A stretch of 64,000 bases of DNA from Planctomycetota bacterium. GTDB taxonomy: Bacteria; Planctomycetota; GCA-002687715; DRQF01. Below are positions 1 through 10,233 of this stretch, piece after piece. Location: assembly GCA_036479435.1 (NCBI GenBank), contig JAZGFI010000113.1, positions 25,689 to 89,688 of the forward strand. The letters run 5' to 3'. The notes under the pieces were generated by a model, which did not search any database, was not told the origin of the DNA, and was given only the letters and a program-made list of their open reading frames with translations. The position numbers were made by a program, and so were the translations under genes. The stretch's first letter is position 1; each line of letters begins with the position of its first letter.

Positions 1-1665
1 AAAGGGGCTGAAGAATCCCGCGCGGCGACCTTGCAGGACCGCGACAGCTCGCGTGAGAGCTTGGACTCATCGGCCGGCCAACTCGAGATTCACCGCGTTG
101 AACTGGCTTCGGACGAGCAGCGCTTGCAAGGGCTCAATAGCTCGCTCAGTCACTTGACGGAGAGGCACTCCCGCGCCAGCCGAGGAATAACTAGGTATCG
201 GGATGAACTGACGGCTTTTGCAGCGGATCGGGATCGCTCGGCAAAACTAGCCCAAGAGGAAAAGGCCAAGTCCAGCGAACTCCAGACTGAAGGCGAGGCC
301 ATCGTTGAGCGCACGAAGGCCAAAGAAAATGACGTCGCCGAAGTCCGCTCGCGACACGAGATCGTGGGCAAAGAGATCCGCGACGTCGAACGCGCTTTTG
401 AAGAGGCCGCCGAGGCTTTTCATGCCGCCGATGTACAGGCCAACGAGATCCGCGTCAATCAGGAAAATCTGGTCTCTCATGTTCGCGCCGAGCTTGAAGT
501 TGATTTGGCTGAGCTCGAGAGTCGCCAGGAAGCAGAAGCGGCTGACGCCGCCGCCGCCGAAGGCGGCTCTCCTGGCGAAAGCGGCGATGAACTCGACGGA
601 CGTGAAACTGAAGCTGAAACTGAGCCTGAGGTTGATTGGGCCGCCGTCGAAGCAGAACTCAACGAACTCAAGGATCGGCTGCGCCGGCTGGGTAATGTCA
701 ACCTTGCGGCGATTGATGACCTCGACGAAGTCCAAGAGCGCCTGGAGTTCTTGGTCGCCCAAAGAAATGACCTCGTTCATTCCAAGCAACAGCTTGGGCG
801 AGTGCTGGGCAACATTGAGGAAGAGTCAACCCGGCTCTTTCGTGAGACCTTTGACAACGTTCGCCGTGAATTCCAACTCACGTTCCGGAAGCTCTTTGGT
901 GGTGGAAAGGCGGACATCGTTCTTACCGATCCGGATAACATCCTGGAATCGGGAATTGAAATCACCGCCCGCCCGCCCGGCAAAGAGATGCGCAGCATCG
1001 AATTGTTGTCGGGGGGCGAGCGGACGTTGACCGCGGTCTCTTTGCTGTTTTCGATCATTCGCTCGCATCCATGTCCTTGTTGTCTCATGGATGAAGTCGA
1101 CGCCGCCCTCGACGAAGACAACACCGAACGATTCGGGCAGTTGCTCGATGAGTTTTACGAACGTACCCAGTTCATTCTCATTACTCACAGTCGCCGTACG
1201 ATGGCCCGCGCCGATGTGTTGTTTGGGGTTACGATGGGCGAGCGTGGCGTTTCACGTCCAGTGGCCGTGCGATTCGAGGATGTCGATGACCACGGAAATA
1301 TCGCTGGAGAGAATTCGCGCCGAAAAAGGCCGCCTGCGAAGCCCTCAAGCCCGCGTCCGGACCAAGACGGGGGAGCCGCGAATTCGGCAGGGAAGTCGAC
1401 TTCGCCCGGGCCGGGAGAAAACCCAGGTTTCACGGATTCGGGCCGCAATGGGCATGCGAATGGAAGTGGAAGCTCTGACGAGCCCCAGTCCCAAGGCGGG
1501 CTCGAAGCACCTGGCAGTGAGGTCATTGTCGAGGTCAGCGAAGCGGCGGCTCCGGATGATGAAGGCGGCCAGGTCTTCCCGGCTTCCGATCCCCGTTCCC
1601 TCGACCGTGAGCGCCATCTTCAGGGGAATACAGAGCCGGAACAAAGCGCTGAAGAGGGCGCCTGA
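1..1665 (+). CDS. smc: Chromosome segregation protein SMC, C-terminal part (runs off left edge)
   Basis: Coiled coil, LGNVNLAAI, PPGK, signature LSGGE, Walker B/D-loop LMDEVDAALD, ITH, GVTM..GVS; long low-complexity tail. Confidence 0.96.
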   Translation, partial: KGAEESRAATLQDRDSSRESLDSSAGQLEIHRVELASDEQRLQGLNSSLSHLTERHSRASRGITRYRDELTAFAADRDRSAKLAQEEKAKSSELQTEGEAIVERTKAKENDVAEVRSRHEIVGKEIRDVERAFEEAAEAFHAADVQANEIRVNQENLVSHVRAELEVDLAELESRQEAEAADAAAAEGGSPGESGDELDGRETEAETEPEVDWAAVEAELNELKDRLRRLGNVNLAAIDDLDEVQERLEFLVAQRNDLVHSKQQLGRVLGNIEEESTRLFRETFDNVRREFQLTFRKLFGGGKADIVLTDPDNILESGIEITARPPGKEMRSIELLSGGERTLTAVSLLFSIIRSHPCPCCLMDEVDAALDEDNTERFGQLLDEFYERTQFILITHSRRTMARADVLFGVTMGERGVSRPVAVRFEDVDDHGNIAGENSRRKRPPAKPSSPRPDQDGGAANSAGKSTSPGPGENPGFTDSGRNGHANGSGSSDEPQSQGGLEAPGSEVIVEVSEAAAPDDEGGQVFPASDPRSLDRERHLQGNTEPEQSAEEGA

Positions 1666-1706
1666 GCCCTTCGCCTTCGAGAAAAGATGTTGTCGTGGCA
1701 AGTCGC

Positions 1707-1735
1707 TGAAGCTGTGAGCCTCCTCTGGTCGATAG
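1707..1735 (+). promoter_or_regulatory. Candidate sigma28-like promoter TGAAG-N16-GTCGATAG
   Basis: Resembles TAAA-N15-GCCGATAA; recurs upstream of about 9 genes in window. Confidence 0.45.
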
Positions 1736-1769
1736 GAGGGGAGCAACCCAAGCGAGACGGCCGCGATAC

Positions 1770-2855
1770 ATGCGACACTACAAAATGCTCTTTTTGCTGG
1801 CCGGCGTCGGGGGCGCTTTGATTTTCCTCGCCGGGATCTTGGTTTCTACCGAGCTCAGCTTGCGGAAGCCCATAGACGAGGACAACGCGGTGGAGCACGC
1901 GTTTTCCGACCGGAAGACCGACCGGGTACCGGTGGCCTTGCACCACGGGGGAACGCTTAAAGAAGGCCGTGATCGTCGCAAGCTTTTTGAGCGCGAATTG
2001 AACGAAATTCGAACCCTGCTTGAGAGTGCCAAGAAAGTAGGTCCCGCGGCAATCCGAAAAGCCCAAACCATCCAGAGCGGTGCCCTAGAGCGAGTGGCGT
2101 CCGAAGACTGGGAGTTTCTCAAAAAGGAATTTACTCGTGGTGACGAACCGCGAGGCTATCGCGGCCTCCTGATCGTCCTCATCGGGCAATCGGGTTCGGA
2201 TCAGGGTGCCGCCGCCATTGCACCTCTTTACGACTTGCATCCCATCAAAGTGGTAGAGGGGCTCAAACGTCACGGAGGGGAAGCGGGTCTTAGTGCCATT
2301 CAAGGCATCTACTCAGAACTCGAATCGAATCGTCCCAAATACGGACTCATCAAGGCGACGTCCGGTTTCCCTGGCGAGCTTTCCAGGCCTTGGCTCGTCG
2401 AACTCATGGAGACCGAGACGGAAGATTTCATCTTGCGCACCGTCGTCACTCAGTTGCGACAGTTTCCGAGCCGGCACAGTCTCAATGCCCTTGAGAACTT
2501 TGCGAGGTCGCGCCACGAAGACCCCAAGCAGCGTTCCTTAGTGGCCCGCGCCTTCAATTCGATGGCGGCCATTCCCGGGGGTGCCGCCCACTTACTTTCG
2601 ATCGGCATCGTCGAAAACGAACCGGTCAGTGTGAGTGATCCAGCTTTGAGAGCCCTGGCGTTCTCCAGAGACTCCGGGGCTATCACCCCCGCTTTGGAGG
2701 CTCTTATCGGTGGCCGCGGGGATGCTCAGGCCTTGGAACAGTACCTCTCCCGCAATCTTGGACCCGAGCACGCCGGTATCGTCTCGGTCTTTTTAGAAAT
2801 GACCCAAGATTCAGGCCTCAAGTCCAGGCTGAAAGCCCTCACCGCCACGGACTAA
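1770..2855 (+). CDS. Membrane-anchored helical (HEAT-like repeat) protein
   Basis: N-terminal hydrophobic segment, amphipathic helical repeats (..ALRALAFSRDSGAITPALEAL). Confidence 0.6.
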   Translation: MRHYKMLFLLAGVGGALIFLAGILVSTELSLRKPIDEDNAVEHAFSDRKTDRVPVALHHGGTLKEGRDRRKLFERELNEIRTLLESAKKVGPAAIRKAQTIQSGALERVASEDWEFLKKEFTRGDEPRGYRGLLIVLIGQSGSDQGAAAIAPLYDLHPIKVVEGLKRHGGEAGLSAIQGIYSELESNRPKYGLIKATSGFPGELSRPWLVELMETETEDFILRTVVTQLRQFPSRHSLNALENFARSRHEDPKQRSLVARAFNSMAAIPGGAAHLLSIGIVENEPVSVSDPALRALAFSRDSGAITPALEALIGGRGDAQALEQYLSRNLGPEHAGIVSVFLEMTQDSGLKSRLKALTATD

Positions 2856-2885
2856 GCTCGACCGGCCCGCTTGTTATCCTGCGGG

Positions 2886-3752
2886 ATGAACCAAGACCAC
2901 GACGGGGCGATTGACCCCACGCGTCCGCTCGACTTTCTGGGGTGTCCGGCCCATGAGATTCAAGATTGGGACGGCGCCCGACGAGAGCTCCTGGCTGCGG
3001 CTGGCGATCGCAATCTGGCTGGTGCGTACCTTGCTGGCGCCGATCTGAGCGGAATCGACTTCAGCAGTTTCGACTTGCAACGCGCCGATCTCAGAAGAGC
3101 CCGGCTTAGTGGTGCGCGCTTGCAAGAAACCCGCCTTTTGCTGGCTGATCTTAGGCATTGCGATCTCAGTCGAACGGAAGGTGAATCGCTGGACCTGAAA
3201 GGTGCGAAACTAGCTGGAGCCAATCTTGAGTTGGCAGTGCTACCTGCGGCCGAGTTGGCCGAGGCCCAGGCGAATGGGGCCGTCTTTCGCTACGCACTCC
3301 TCGAGGGGCTGCATGCGATGAACGCTAACTTGGAGGGAGCGACTTTTGAGGGAGCGAGCCTGCAGCGGTCTGACTTCAGTGGCGCTCAGCTTGAGGGAGC
3401 AAGCTTTCGTAATGCTGATCTCAACTTCGTCGTCGCGGCAGAGACGTCTTGCCAAAAAGTTGACTTCCAAGATGCCTTCATGGCGCACGGTGATTTTAGC
3501 GATTGCGCCATGATCGAAGTCAATTTTGGCGGCACAGACCTGAAGGAGACTCTTTTTTGTGGCTGTGATTTTCGCAAAAGCAGGTTCTACGCTGCCCTGG
3601 TACACGAGGCCTCGTTTGATCGCTGCGAATTCGAAGGAGCTGACTTCAAAGGCACCGAAGTCAACACGAAACGATTCAAGGCTTGCGACCTTTCTAAAGC
3701 AATCCTCCCCAAAGCAGATGCTGATCCAGGAAAATTTGATCTGAACGCATGA
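2886..3752 (+). CDS. Pentapeptide repeat protein
   Basis: Continuous A(D/N)LxX / AxFxX repeats (AYLAG ADLSG IDFSS FDLQR ADLRR); stop overlaps truA start (ATGA). Confidence 0.92.
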   Translation: MNQDHDGAIDPTRPLDFLGCPAHEIQDWDGARRELLAAAGDRNLAGAYLAGADLSGIDFSSFDLQRADLRRARLSGARLQETRLLLADLRHCDLSRTEGESLDLKGAKLAGANLELAVLPAAELAEAQANGAVFRYALLEGLHAMNANLEGATFEGASLQRSDFSGAQLEGASFRNADLNFVVAAETSCQKVDFQDAFMAHGDFSDCAMIEVNFGGTDLKETLFCGCDFRKSRFYAALVHEASFDRCEFEGADFKGTEVNTKRFKACDLSKAILPKADADPGKFDLNA

Positions 3753-4534
3753 TGAAGCCCGCAGCCGAGGTTCTTCGACAAAAAGCGCCGCGCAACCTCA
3801 AGATCGTTCTCGAGTACGACGGCCGCGCGTATGTCGGATGGGAACGCCAAAAGAACGGGCCGGGAATTCAGACTCTGATAGAGGATGCCATTCAGAATAT
3901 CACCCGTGAACGGACGACCGTCAATGGTTCCGGCCGCACCGACGCGGGGGTTCATGCACTCGGCCAGGTCGCGAGTTTTACCCTACAGAACAGAATCGGC
4001 AGCGCCGACCTCCATCGCGCACTCAATGCAGTGTTGCCAGATGATGTCGTCATCAAGACGCTTGAAGAAGTGAGCTTATTTTTTCATGCGCGATTTTCGG
4101 CGAAAAGTAAAAGCTACCGCTATCGCATCCTGAATTCGAGAATTGCTCGCCCGCTTGACCGTCATCTTTACTGGCAAGTGTTTCCCCCTCTGGATATTCC
4201 AAAAATGCAGGAGGCTGCGACGCTCATCGAAGGTCGTCGTGACTTCGCTGCTTTTTGCAAAGAACCTGGGCGCTACGATACTTGCGTTCGGGATCTCATG
4301 AAGCTGTCCGTCACAAAAATTGATGACGACATCCTTGTTGAGGCTCGCGCCGATGGCTTTCTCTACAACATGGTGAGAATCCTAGTGGGGACGCTGGTTT
4401 ACGTCGGCCTCGGAAAAATCGAGGCTTCTGGTATTGCCGAGATTTTCGAAAGTGGTGATCGAAATTTAACGGGTCCGACAGTTCCTGCATGCGGGTTGGC
4501 GCTTCACAGGGTATTCTATGAGGTCGAGCGTTAG
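3749..4534 (+). CDS. truA: tRNA pseudouridine(38-40) synthase
   Basis: EYDG, SGRTDAGVHALGQV, FHARFSA, GFLYNMVR. Confidence 0.97.
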   Translation: MMKPAAEVLRQKAPRNLKIVLEYDGRAYVGWERQKNGPGIQTLIEDAIQNITRERTTVNGSGRTDAGVHALGQVASFTLQNRIGSADLHRALNAVLPDDVVIKTLEEVSLFFHARFSAKSKSYRYRILNSRIARPLDRHLYWQVFPPLDIPKMQEAATLIEGRRDFAAFCKEPGRYDTCVRDLMKLSVTKIDDDILVEARADGFLYNMVRILVGTLVYVGLGKIEASGIAEIFESGDRNLTGPTVPACGLALHRVFYEVER

Positions 4535-4680
4535 CCACATGCCGACGTCGAAGTTTGAACGGCCAATGGTTGTTGTCCTTCGACGCCAGTGTGGGCCGAC
4601 ACATTGTCAACCCGGTTGCCGGCGTCCCCTTTGATCACCGCCCATCGCGAATCCCAGGGGCTTCGGAGTTAGGAGTGCTC

Positions 4681-4986
4681 GTGGACCTTGTCATTAGCCG
4701 TCTTCACACCAAGTCAACTTTGCCCCATCTCAAAGCGCATATTGAGGAGAAACTCGAACGTCTTTCGAGGTGGATGGACCACCTGCACAAAGCCACGGTC
4801 ATCCTCGATGACGGTGGCCATCAACACAGCGTCGAGATCTGCGTTTCGGTTGACGGGGGACCACGGCTAGTGGGGCACGCCGAATCCGATGATTGGCTTG
4901 AAGCCGTCAACCAGGCGGAGTCGAAACTTGAAACTCAAATCAGGAGGTTTCAAGATCGCAGGCGTACCAAGTCGCGCGTTCACTGA
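4681..4986 (+). CDS. hpf: Ribosome hibernation promoting factor (short HPF/RaiA)
   Basis: AGGAG RBS at 4671 then GTG; LKAHIEEKLERL..AESDDWLEAVNQAESKLETQIRR. Confidence 0.88.
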   Translation: MDLVISRLHTKSTLPHLKAHIEEKLERLSRWMDHLHKATVILDDGGHQHSVEICVSVDGGPRLVGHAESDDWLEAVNQAESKLETQIRRFQDRRRTKSRVH

Positions 4987-5118
4987 GCTTCACCTCCTTG
5001 TGGCCAACGATGAGTTGGATCAGAGCGACGGCAGGGATGGGTCCTCGCCGTCGTTTTGCGCTCCGCGGCAATCCGTGGTCGAATTGCCGATTTGGCGCTG
5101 ATTAACTACGCTACGCAC

Positions 5119-6099
5119 ATGAGCAATCCGACCGCCAACAAGAAAGTGATAGCCATTGGCGGTGGCGCTGGCCTCCATGGCCTGCTTCAAGGCTTGATGG
5201 CCTACGATCTCGACTTGACCGCCATCATCACGGTGGCAGACGATGGAGGTAGTTCGGGCCGAATCCGCAAGGACTTCAACATTCCACCTCCAGGCGACAT
5301 TCGCCGTTGCCTCGTTGCGCTCTCAAAGGCAGATCCTCTTATTGCTGATCTCTTCGAGTATCGATTCAAAAAGGGATCATTAAAGGGACATAGTTTCGGC
5401 AACTTGTTCATTGCGGTATTGGCCGAGTTGTCGGGCGATTTTCGGCAAGCGCTCGAGCGCGCCCGTACTTTGCTGAGTGTCGATGGCGCCGTTATTCCCG
5501 CCACAGATGTCAAAGTCGTTCTCGTGGCGGATCACCCCGATGGCAGCAAGAGTACCGGTGAGCAGGCTATTTCGCGCTCCAGCAAGCCCATCCAGTCTTT
5601 GAGCCTCGTTCCTCGTCCTCCTAAAGTGTCGGCAGAGATCTGCGAAGCGATTGCTGCGGCCGATCTCATTTGCTTGGGCCCCGGCTCTCTTTATACGAGC
5701 ATCATGCCCAACCTCTTAGTCCCAGGTCTCGTTGCCGCGATCAACCGGGCTGACGCCAAGGTCTTGTTTGTGGCAAACCTCCTCACCCAACCCGGTGAAA
5801 CGGATGATTTTGATCTCGAGAGTCATCTGCGAGCCTTCGATAGACTTGAGCAACCTCTCCAGCTCGACGAAGTCATGATCCACGATGATGACATTGACTT
5901 GGCCACCAAGGACACCGGTTACGGTGACTTGGCAAAAGTCGTGTTGCCGAGAATGTCGGCGACCAGGAAGGGCCCGCAACTCATACGGCGCCCCTTGGTT
6001 GCGTCGGGTCGCAAGGTTCGGCATGATCCCGCCAAGCTTGCTCGAGCTATCCGGGCGAGGCTGGTGGACGAGGAAACCGGGCGCGAGGCCACTCTTTGA
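5119..6099 (+). CDS. yvcK: YvcK/CofD-like (UPF0052) protein
   Basis: IGGGAG, TVADDGGSSG, PPGDIRRCL, GHSFGNL, GPGSLYTSI, RHDP. Confidence 0.93.
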   Translation: MSNPTANKKVIAIGGGAGLHGLLQGLMAYDLDLTAIITVADDGGSSGRIRKDFNIPPPGDIRRCLVALSKADPLIADLFEYRFKKGSLKGHSFGNLFIAVLAELSGDFRQALERARTLLSVDGAVIPATDVKVVLVADHPDGSKSTGEQAISRSSKPIQSLSLVPRPPKVSAEICEAIAAADLICLGPGSLYTSIMPNLLVPGLVAAINRADAKVLFVANLLTQPGETDDFDLESHLRAFDRLEQPLQLDEVMIHDDDIDLATKDTGYGDLAKVVLPRMSATRKGPQLIRRPLVASGRKVRHDPAKLARAIRARLVDEETGREATL

Positions 6100-6386
6100 G
6101 CGCTAAGACCGCGGTTAAGATCGTCATGATCTGCAACGAGCAGGGTCTGCACGCGCGCCCTTCGTCGGCATTGATCAAGGTCGCGCAGGAATTCGAGTCG
6201 GCCATACTGATTCGAAACCTTAGCGCCGGAACTGAGGCCGATGGGAAATTTCTCCTTGAGGTGATGACGCTGGCCGCGGCCAAGGGCACCGAACTCGAAA
6301 TCTCCGCAGAAGGCTGCGACGCCGACGATGCGGTCCTGGCCTTGGCCCAGCTCATTTCCGGTGGATTCGGAGAATTCGGATCCTAG
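6096..6386 (+). CDS. ptsH: HPr phosphocarrier protein
   Basis: GLHARP active-site His motif; 96 aa; precedes enzyme I. Confidence 0.93.
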   Translation: MSAKTAVKIVMICNEQGLHARPSSALIKVAQEFESAILIRNLSAGTEADGKFLLEVMTLAAAKGTELEISAEGCDADDAVLALAQLISGGFGEFGS

Positions 6387-6450
6387 GGAGCAGGGCCGTA
6401 GTGGAAGACTCGGCAAGACAGGACCCTCGGCCCCGGAGCCCATAGCTCGC

Positions 6451-8163
6451 ATGCAAATCCTACACGGACAAAAAGTCTCGGACGGCATCGTGATTGGACG
6501 TGCGACCATCATGACTTCTCACGAGGTCAAGGTGAAAGAGGCACGGGTTCAACCGAGCAAGATCAACACTGAGATCCGCAAGTTTCGCCGGGCCGTTGCG
6601 CGCACCGAGGGCGACATTCGCCAACTTCTTGAGGCCCACGATGAGAGCTTGGTCGATGTTCGTCAGATCATCGAAACCTCACTTCATTTTTTGAACGACG
6701 TGTTTTTGACGGGCGCTATCGAAGACAAGATTAAGAACGAGCAGTTCACGGCGGCATACGCTGTCAGTTGCACCATCGCGGAAATGGCAGAACGTCTGCA
6801 AGCGATCGACAACCCGATATTCTCTAGCAAAGTCTCAGACATGATCGACTTAGAGCACCGCCTGTTGAATCACCTCGTTGGCGGGGGACTCGGTCAAATC
6901 CCGAAGCTGGATAGACAATCCATCATCATTGCCGATGACATGACTCCCACGCAGGCCGCGTCCTTGGACCGAGAGAAGGTCCTGGCTTTTGCGACCGAAA
7001 GGGGGAGCTGGGCTTCCCACACGGCGATCTTGGCGCGAGCTCTCGGCATTCCGGCCGTCGTTGGCGTCCCCGGTGTTTCGACGGCGGCGACTTTGGGTTC
7101 AACGATCATTATCGACGGCTTCGAGGGTATCGTGATCGTCGACCCCGACGCCAAAGAGATTGAGAAGTATCGAAGCCTCCGGCGCCGGATGCGACGTCGT
7201 TCTATTACGTCAACTCAAACGCGAAACCTCAAGGCCGTCACCCTCGATGGTGAGCACTGCCGTTTGCTCGGCAACATCGAGACCAAAGCTGATGTGCCCC
7301 GTGTTCTTGAATTCGGCGGCGACGGCGTCGGGTTGTTTCGAACGGAGTTCTTGTTTTTGGGCAAGTCGGCCAGCCTTAGCGAGGAACAGCAATTCGAGGT
7401 CTATCGAGAGGCTGCCATTGGCATGGAGGGGAAGCCTTTCACGATTCGCTCGATTGATTTCGGTGGCGACAAGTTTCACGGCCACAGCCAGCAAGACCGC
7501 GAGCCGAACCCGTTTATGGGAGAGCGCGCGATTCGCATCTCGCTTAGACAGCCGGAGTTCTTTCGAACTCAGCTTCGGGCCGTCCTGCGAGCGGCGCTCC
7601 ACGGAGACGTCAAACTGATGTTTCCGATGATCATGGATGTTGGAGAGTTTCGCCGCGCCAAAAAGGAACTCGAAAAAGCCAAAGAAGAACTCGACGAACG
7701 CGGCGTCGAATACCGTCGTGATATGCCGGTGGGCGTCATGATCGAGCTGCCATCGGCTGCCTTGTGTGCAGAGGATTTTGCGAAAGAAGTCGACTTCTTC
7801 AGCATTGGAACCAACGACTTGACGCAATACACCTTGGGCGTCGACCGCACGAACCACCGAGTTGCTTCGCTCTACGCTTCGCACCATCCTGCAGTCTTGA
7901 GGTTGATTCGCCTTATCGCCAAAGCTGCCGCGAATCGGAATCTCTCGGTCGGAGTTTGCGGCGAGATGGCCGGGGACCCCCTTTGTGTGCCCTTGCTCTT
8001 GGGTATGGGTATCAATCGCTTCAGTGTTTCTGCGCCACAGATTCCCATCGTCAAAAAGAAACTGCGTTCACTCTACCTTTCGCACTGCATTCGACTGGCG
8101 AAGCAGGCGCAACGCGCGAGTGATGCCGACGAAGTACTGAGGCTCATTGAGCGCGGCGTCTGA
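6451..8163 (+). CDS. ptsI: PTS enzyme I (PEP-protein phosphotransferase)
   Basis: SHTAILAR, GVGLFRTEF, EPNPFMG, GVMIELP, SIGTNDLTQY, VCGEMAGD. Confidence 0.96.
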   Translation: MQILHGQKVSDGIVIGRATIMTSHEVKVKEARVQPSKINTEIRKFRRAVARTEGDIRQLLEAHDESLVDVRQIIETSLHFLNDVFLTGAIEDKIKNEQFTAAYAVSCTIAEMAERLQAIDNPIFSSKVSDMIDLEHRLLNHLVGGGLGQIPKLDRQSIIIADDMTPTQAASLDREKVLAFATERGSWASHTAILARALGIPAVVGVPGVSTAATLGSTIIIDGFEGIVIVDPDAKEIEKYRSLRRRMRRRSITSTQTRNLKAVTLDGEHCRLLGNIETKADVPRVLEFGGDGVGLFRTEFLFLGKSASLSEEQQFEVYREAAIGMEGKPFTIRSIDFGGDKFHGHSQQDREPNPFMGERAIRISLRQPEFFRTQLRAVLRAALHGDVKLMFPMIMDVGEFRRAKKELEKAKEELDERGVEYRRDMPVGVMIELPSAALCAEDFAKEVDFFSIGTNDLTQYTLGVDRTNHRVASLYASHHPAVLRLIRLIAKAAANRNLSVGVCGEMAGDPLCVPLLLGMGINRFSVSAPQIPIVKKKLRSLYLSHCIRLAKQAQRASDADEVLRLIERGV

Positions 8164-8367
8164 TTTTTTTTTGATCTGACCTCGAGCCTCTGTACCCAGC
8201 TTGGGATCCGGCCTGGGTTTTTACCCAATCGTCGCAAGTAGCGCGCTTCACTCTCTTTTGTCTGCCCGCCTTCTGTCGTCACTCCGGCGGTTCCGCATTT
8301 TCATGCGGTCATTCGACTTCGTCCCCGCCCTTTAACGCTGAAGATAGTCCCAGTGGGTTCATCCAGG

Positions 8368-8396
8368 TTAAAGCCGGTCGACAGTCCCTGACGATT
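8368..8396 (+). promoter_or_regulatory. Candidate sigma28-like promoter TTAAAG-N16-GACGATT upstream of pilM
   Basis: Same spacing and motif as other copies. Confidence 0.4.
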
Positions 8397-8457
8397 GTCG
8401 TGTATCGCCGTGTACGGATTCTGTATGGGCCGGTCCGAGCCGGCAGGGGAGAGATTC

Positions 8458-9486
8458 ATGTTTCAAGGGAAGAGTGTTGTCGGTCTCGACATCGGCAACA
8501 GCGCTGTGAAAGCCATCGAGCTGACCAAGTCCGGCCAAAGTTATCGGGTCACTGGATACGCCCAGATTGACTTTCCCTCCGGTGAAATGGAGGCCAAAAT
8601 CTCCGCTGTTTCGCAGTTGATGAAAGAGGCCGGATTCAGGTCAAAAAAGGTCTCCACGAACATCTCGGGGAAGACGGTCATCATTCGTTACCTCAACATG
8701 GTGGCGATGGATGACGGCGAGTTGCGAAACGCCATCCGTTTTGAGGCGGAGAAGTTTGTCCCCGTTAGCCTGGACGAGTGCGTGCTAGATTGCCAGCGCC
8801 TCGAGGGGATCGACGGCGATTCTCCCTCGGAATCCAACGTGGTGTTGGTCGCCGCCGAGAAGTCACTTCTGAACCAGCAGATTGCGATCGTTCAGAAAGC
8901 CGGCTACACACCCGAAGTGATCGACGTCGATGCGTTCGCGATTGGCAACGCCTACAAGCTCTTCGTCGAGCAGGCCGGCGATATCGACGGATCGTCACTG
9001 GGAGCCATGGCCTTTGTGGATGTTGGCGCGACCAAGACCACCGTCAACATCATGGTCTCAAGCTGCCCGGTCTTCACCCGCGAGATCTACCTTGGTGGTG
9101 CGGATATGACGGCATCGATTGCCCGTCAGCTTGGCCTCGATGAACCTCACGCCGAAGCGCTCAAACGCTGCCCTGGCGACAAGTTCGAGGAGGTCCAGAA
9201 CGCGGTCTTCCCGACGCTGGACGACCTCGGCAATGAGCTTCAACTCTCATTCGACTACTTCGAGGGCCAAAATAACGCGAGCATCGAACGCGTGTTCGTT
9301 TCCGGCGGTGCGTCGCGAATGAGCTTCTTTTGCGAGTCGTTGTCGAAGATCTGTGAGAAGCCGGTCGAAGTGTTCAATCCCTTCACCGGAATTCAGGTCG
9401 ATGATGACATCGACCAAGAGCTGCTGGTCAGCGCCGGAACTCAGTTTGTCGTTGCCGTGGGACTCGCGGCTCGCATGGGACAATAA
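8458..9486 (+). CDS. pilM: Type IV pilus assembly protein PilM
   Basis: VGLDIGNSAVK, VDVGATKT, VSGGAS, VAVGLA actin-like fold; first gene of MNOQ cluster. Confidence 0.94.
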   Translation: MFQGKSVVGLDIGNSAVKAIELTKSGQSYRVTGYAQIDFPSGEMEAKISAVSQLMKEAGFRSKKVSTNISGKTVIIRYLNMVAMDDGELRNAIRFEAEKFVPVSLDECVLDCQRLEGIDGDSPSESNVVLVAAEKSLLNQQIAIVQKAGYTPEVIDVDAFAIGNAYKLFVEQAGDIDGSSLGAMAFVDVGATKTTVNIMVSSCPVFTREIYLGGADMTASIARQLGLDEPHAEALKRCPGDKFEEVQNAVFPTLDDLGNELQLSFDYFEGQNNASIERVFVSGGASRMSFFCESLSKICEKPVEVFNPFTGIQVDDDIDQELLVSAGTQFVVAVGLAARMGQ

Positions 9487-9490
9487 GGCC

Positions 9491-10210
9491 ATGATGAAGA
9501 TCAACCTACTTCCGAGTGAATACCGAAAGGCCGAACGGACGCCTTTCATTATTCTTCTGCCGATACTGGCGGGGCTCATCTGTGTGCTCTCAGCTGGTGC
9601 CGTCGCGGGCTATGTCAAGTTTTCTTGGCGAGCTGAGGTGGAGGCCGAACGGGTCCAGCTACAAGGTCAGATGCGTCAGAAACAACCGCGCCTGAACTAC
9701 AACGCTAGCCTCTTGAAAGAGGAAGCCGAGTACAAAAAACAGGCCGAGACCATCTCCAAGATCGCCTCCAGTCGCATCCTCATGACCAAAAAGCTCGATG
9801 AGCTTTGCAACTTGATTGCGGAAGGCGATGCCGGACAGCACGGGGGCTACATGGTTTGGGTCGAGCAGCTGAAGACCAAGCCGGCGAAGAGGAAGCGCGG
9901 CAGGAAGAAGAAGGGCCCTCAGCCCGCCGGTGAACTCAGCTTTAGCGGATATGTGTTGGCGAACAACGCACCGCTTCAGGACTTCAACCGCTTTCACCGT
10001 GCCATCAAAGATAGTGAGATGTACCGCGAACAGTTTATGGGGATCAACGATCCGAAGGGTTCCGTAACGGAATTCACCGATGACAAGGTCCCCACTAAGG
10101 GCTGGAGTTTCGCGCTTAGCGCGGACATGACAGACCCTGCGGAAATCATGAAAACAAGAGCGAAAAAGCGACTCGAGGCGAAGAAGGAGGCCCGTCGCAA
10201 GCGCAAGTAA
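9491..10210 (+). CDS. pilN: PilN-like protein
   Basis: N-terminal INLLP PilM-binding motif, TM, coiled coil. Confidence 0.85.
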   Translation: MMKINLLPSEYRKAERTPFIILLPILAGLICVLSAGAVAGYVKFSWRAEVEAERVQLQGQMRQKQPRLNYNASLLKEEAEYKKQAETISKIASSRILMTKKLDELCNLIAEGDAGQHGGYMVWVEQLKTKPAKRKRGRKKKGPQPAGELSFSGYVLANNAPLQDFNRFHRAIKDSEMYREQFMGINDPKGSVTEFTDDKVPTKGWSFALSADMTDPAEIMKTRAKKRLEAKKEARRKRK

Positions 10211-10233
10211 GCGCGGCGAAGGGGAGATTAGAC

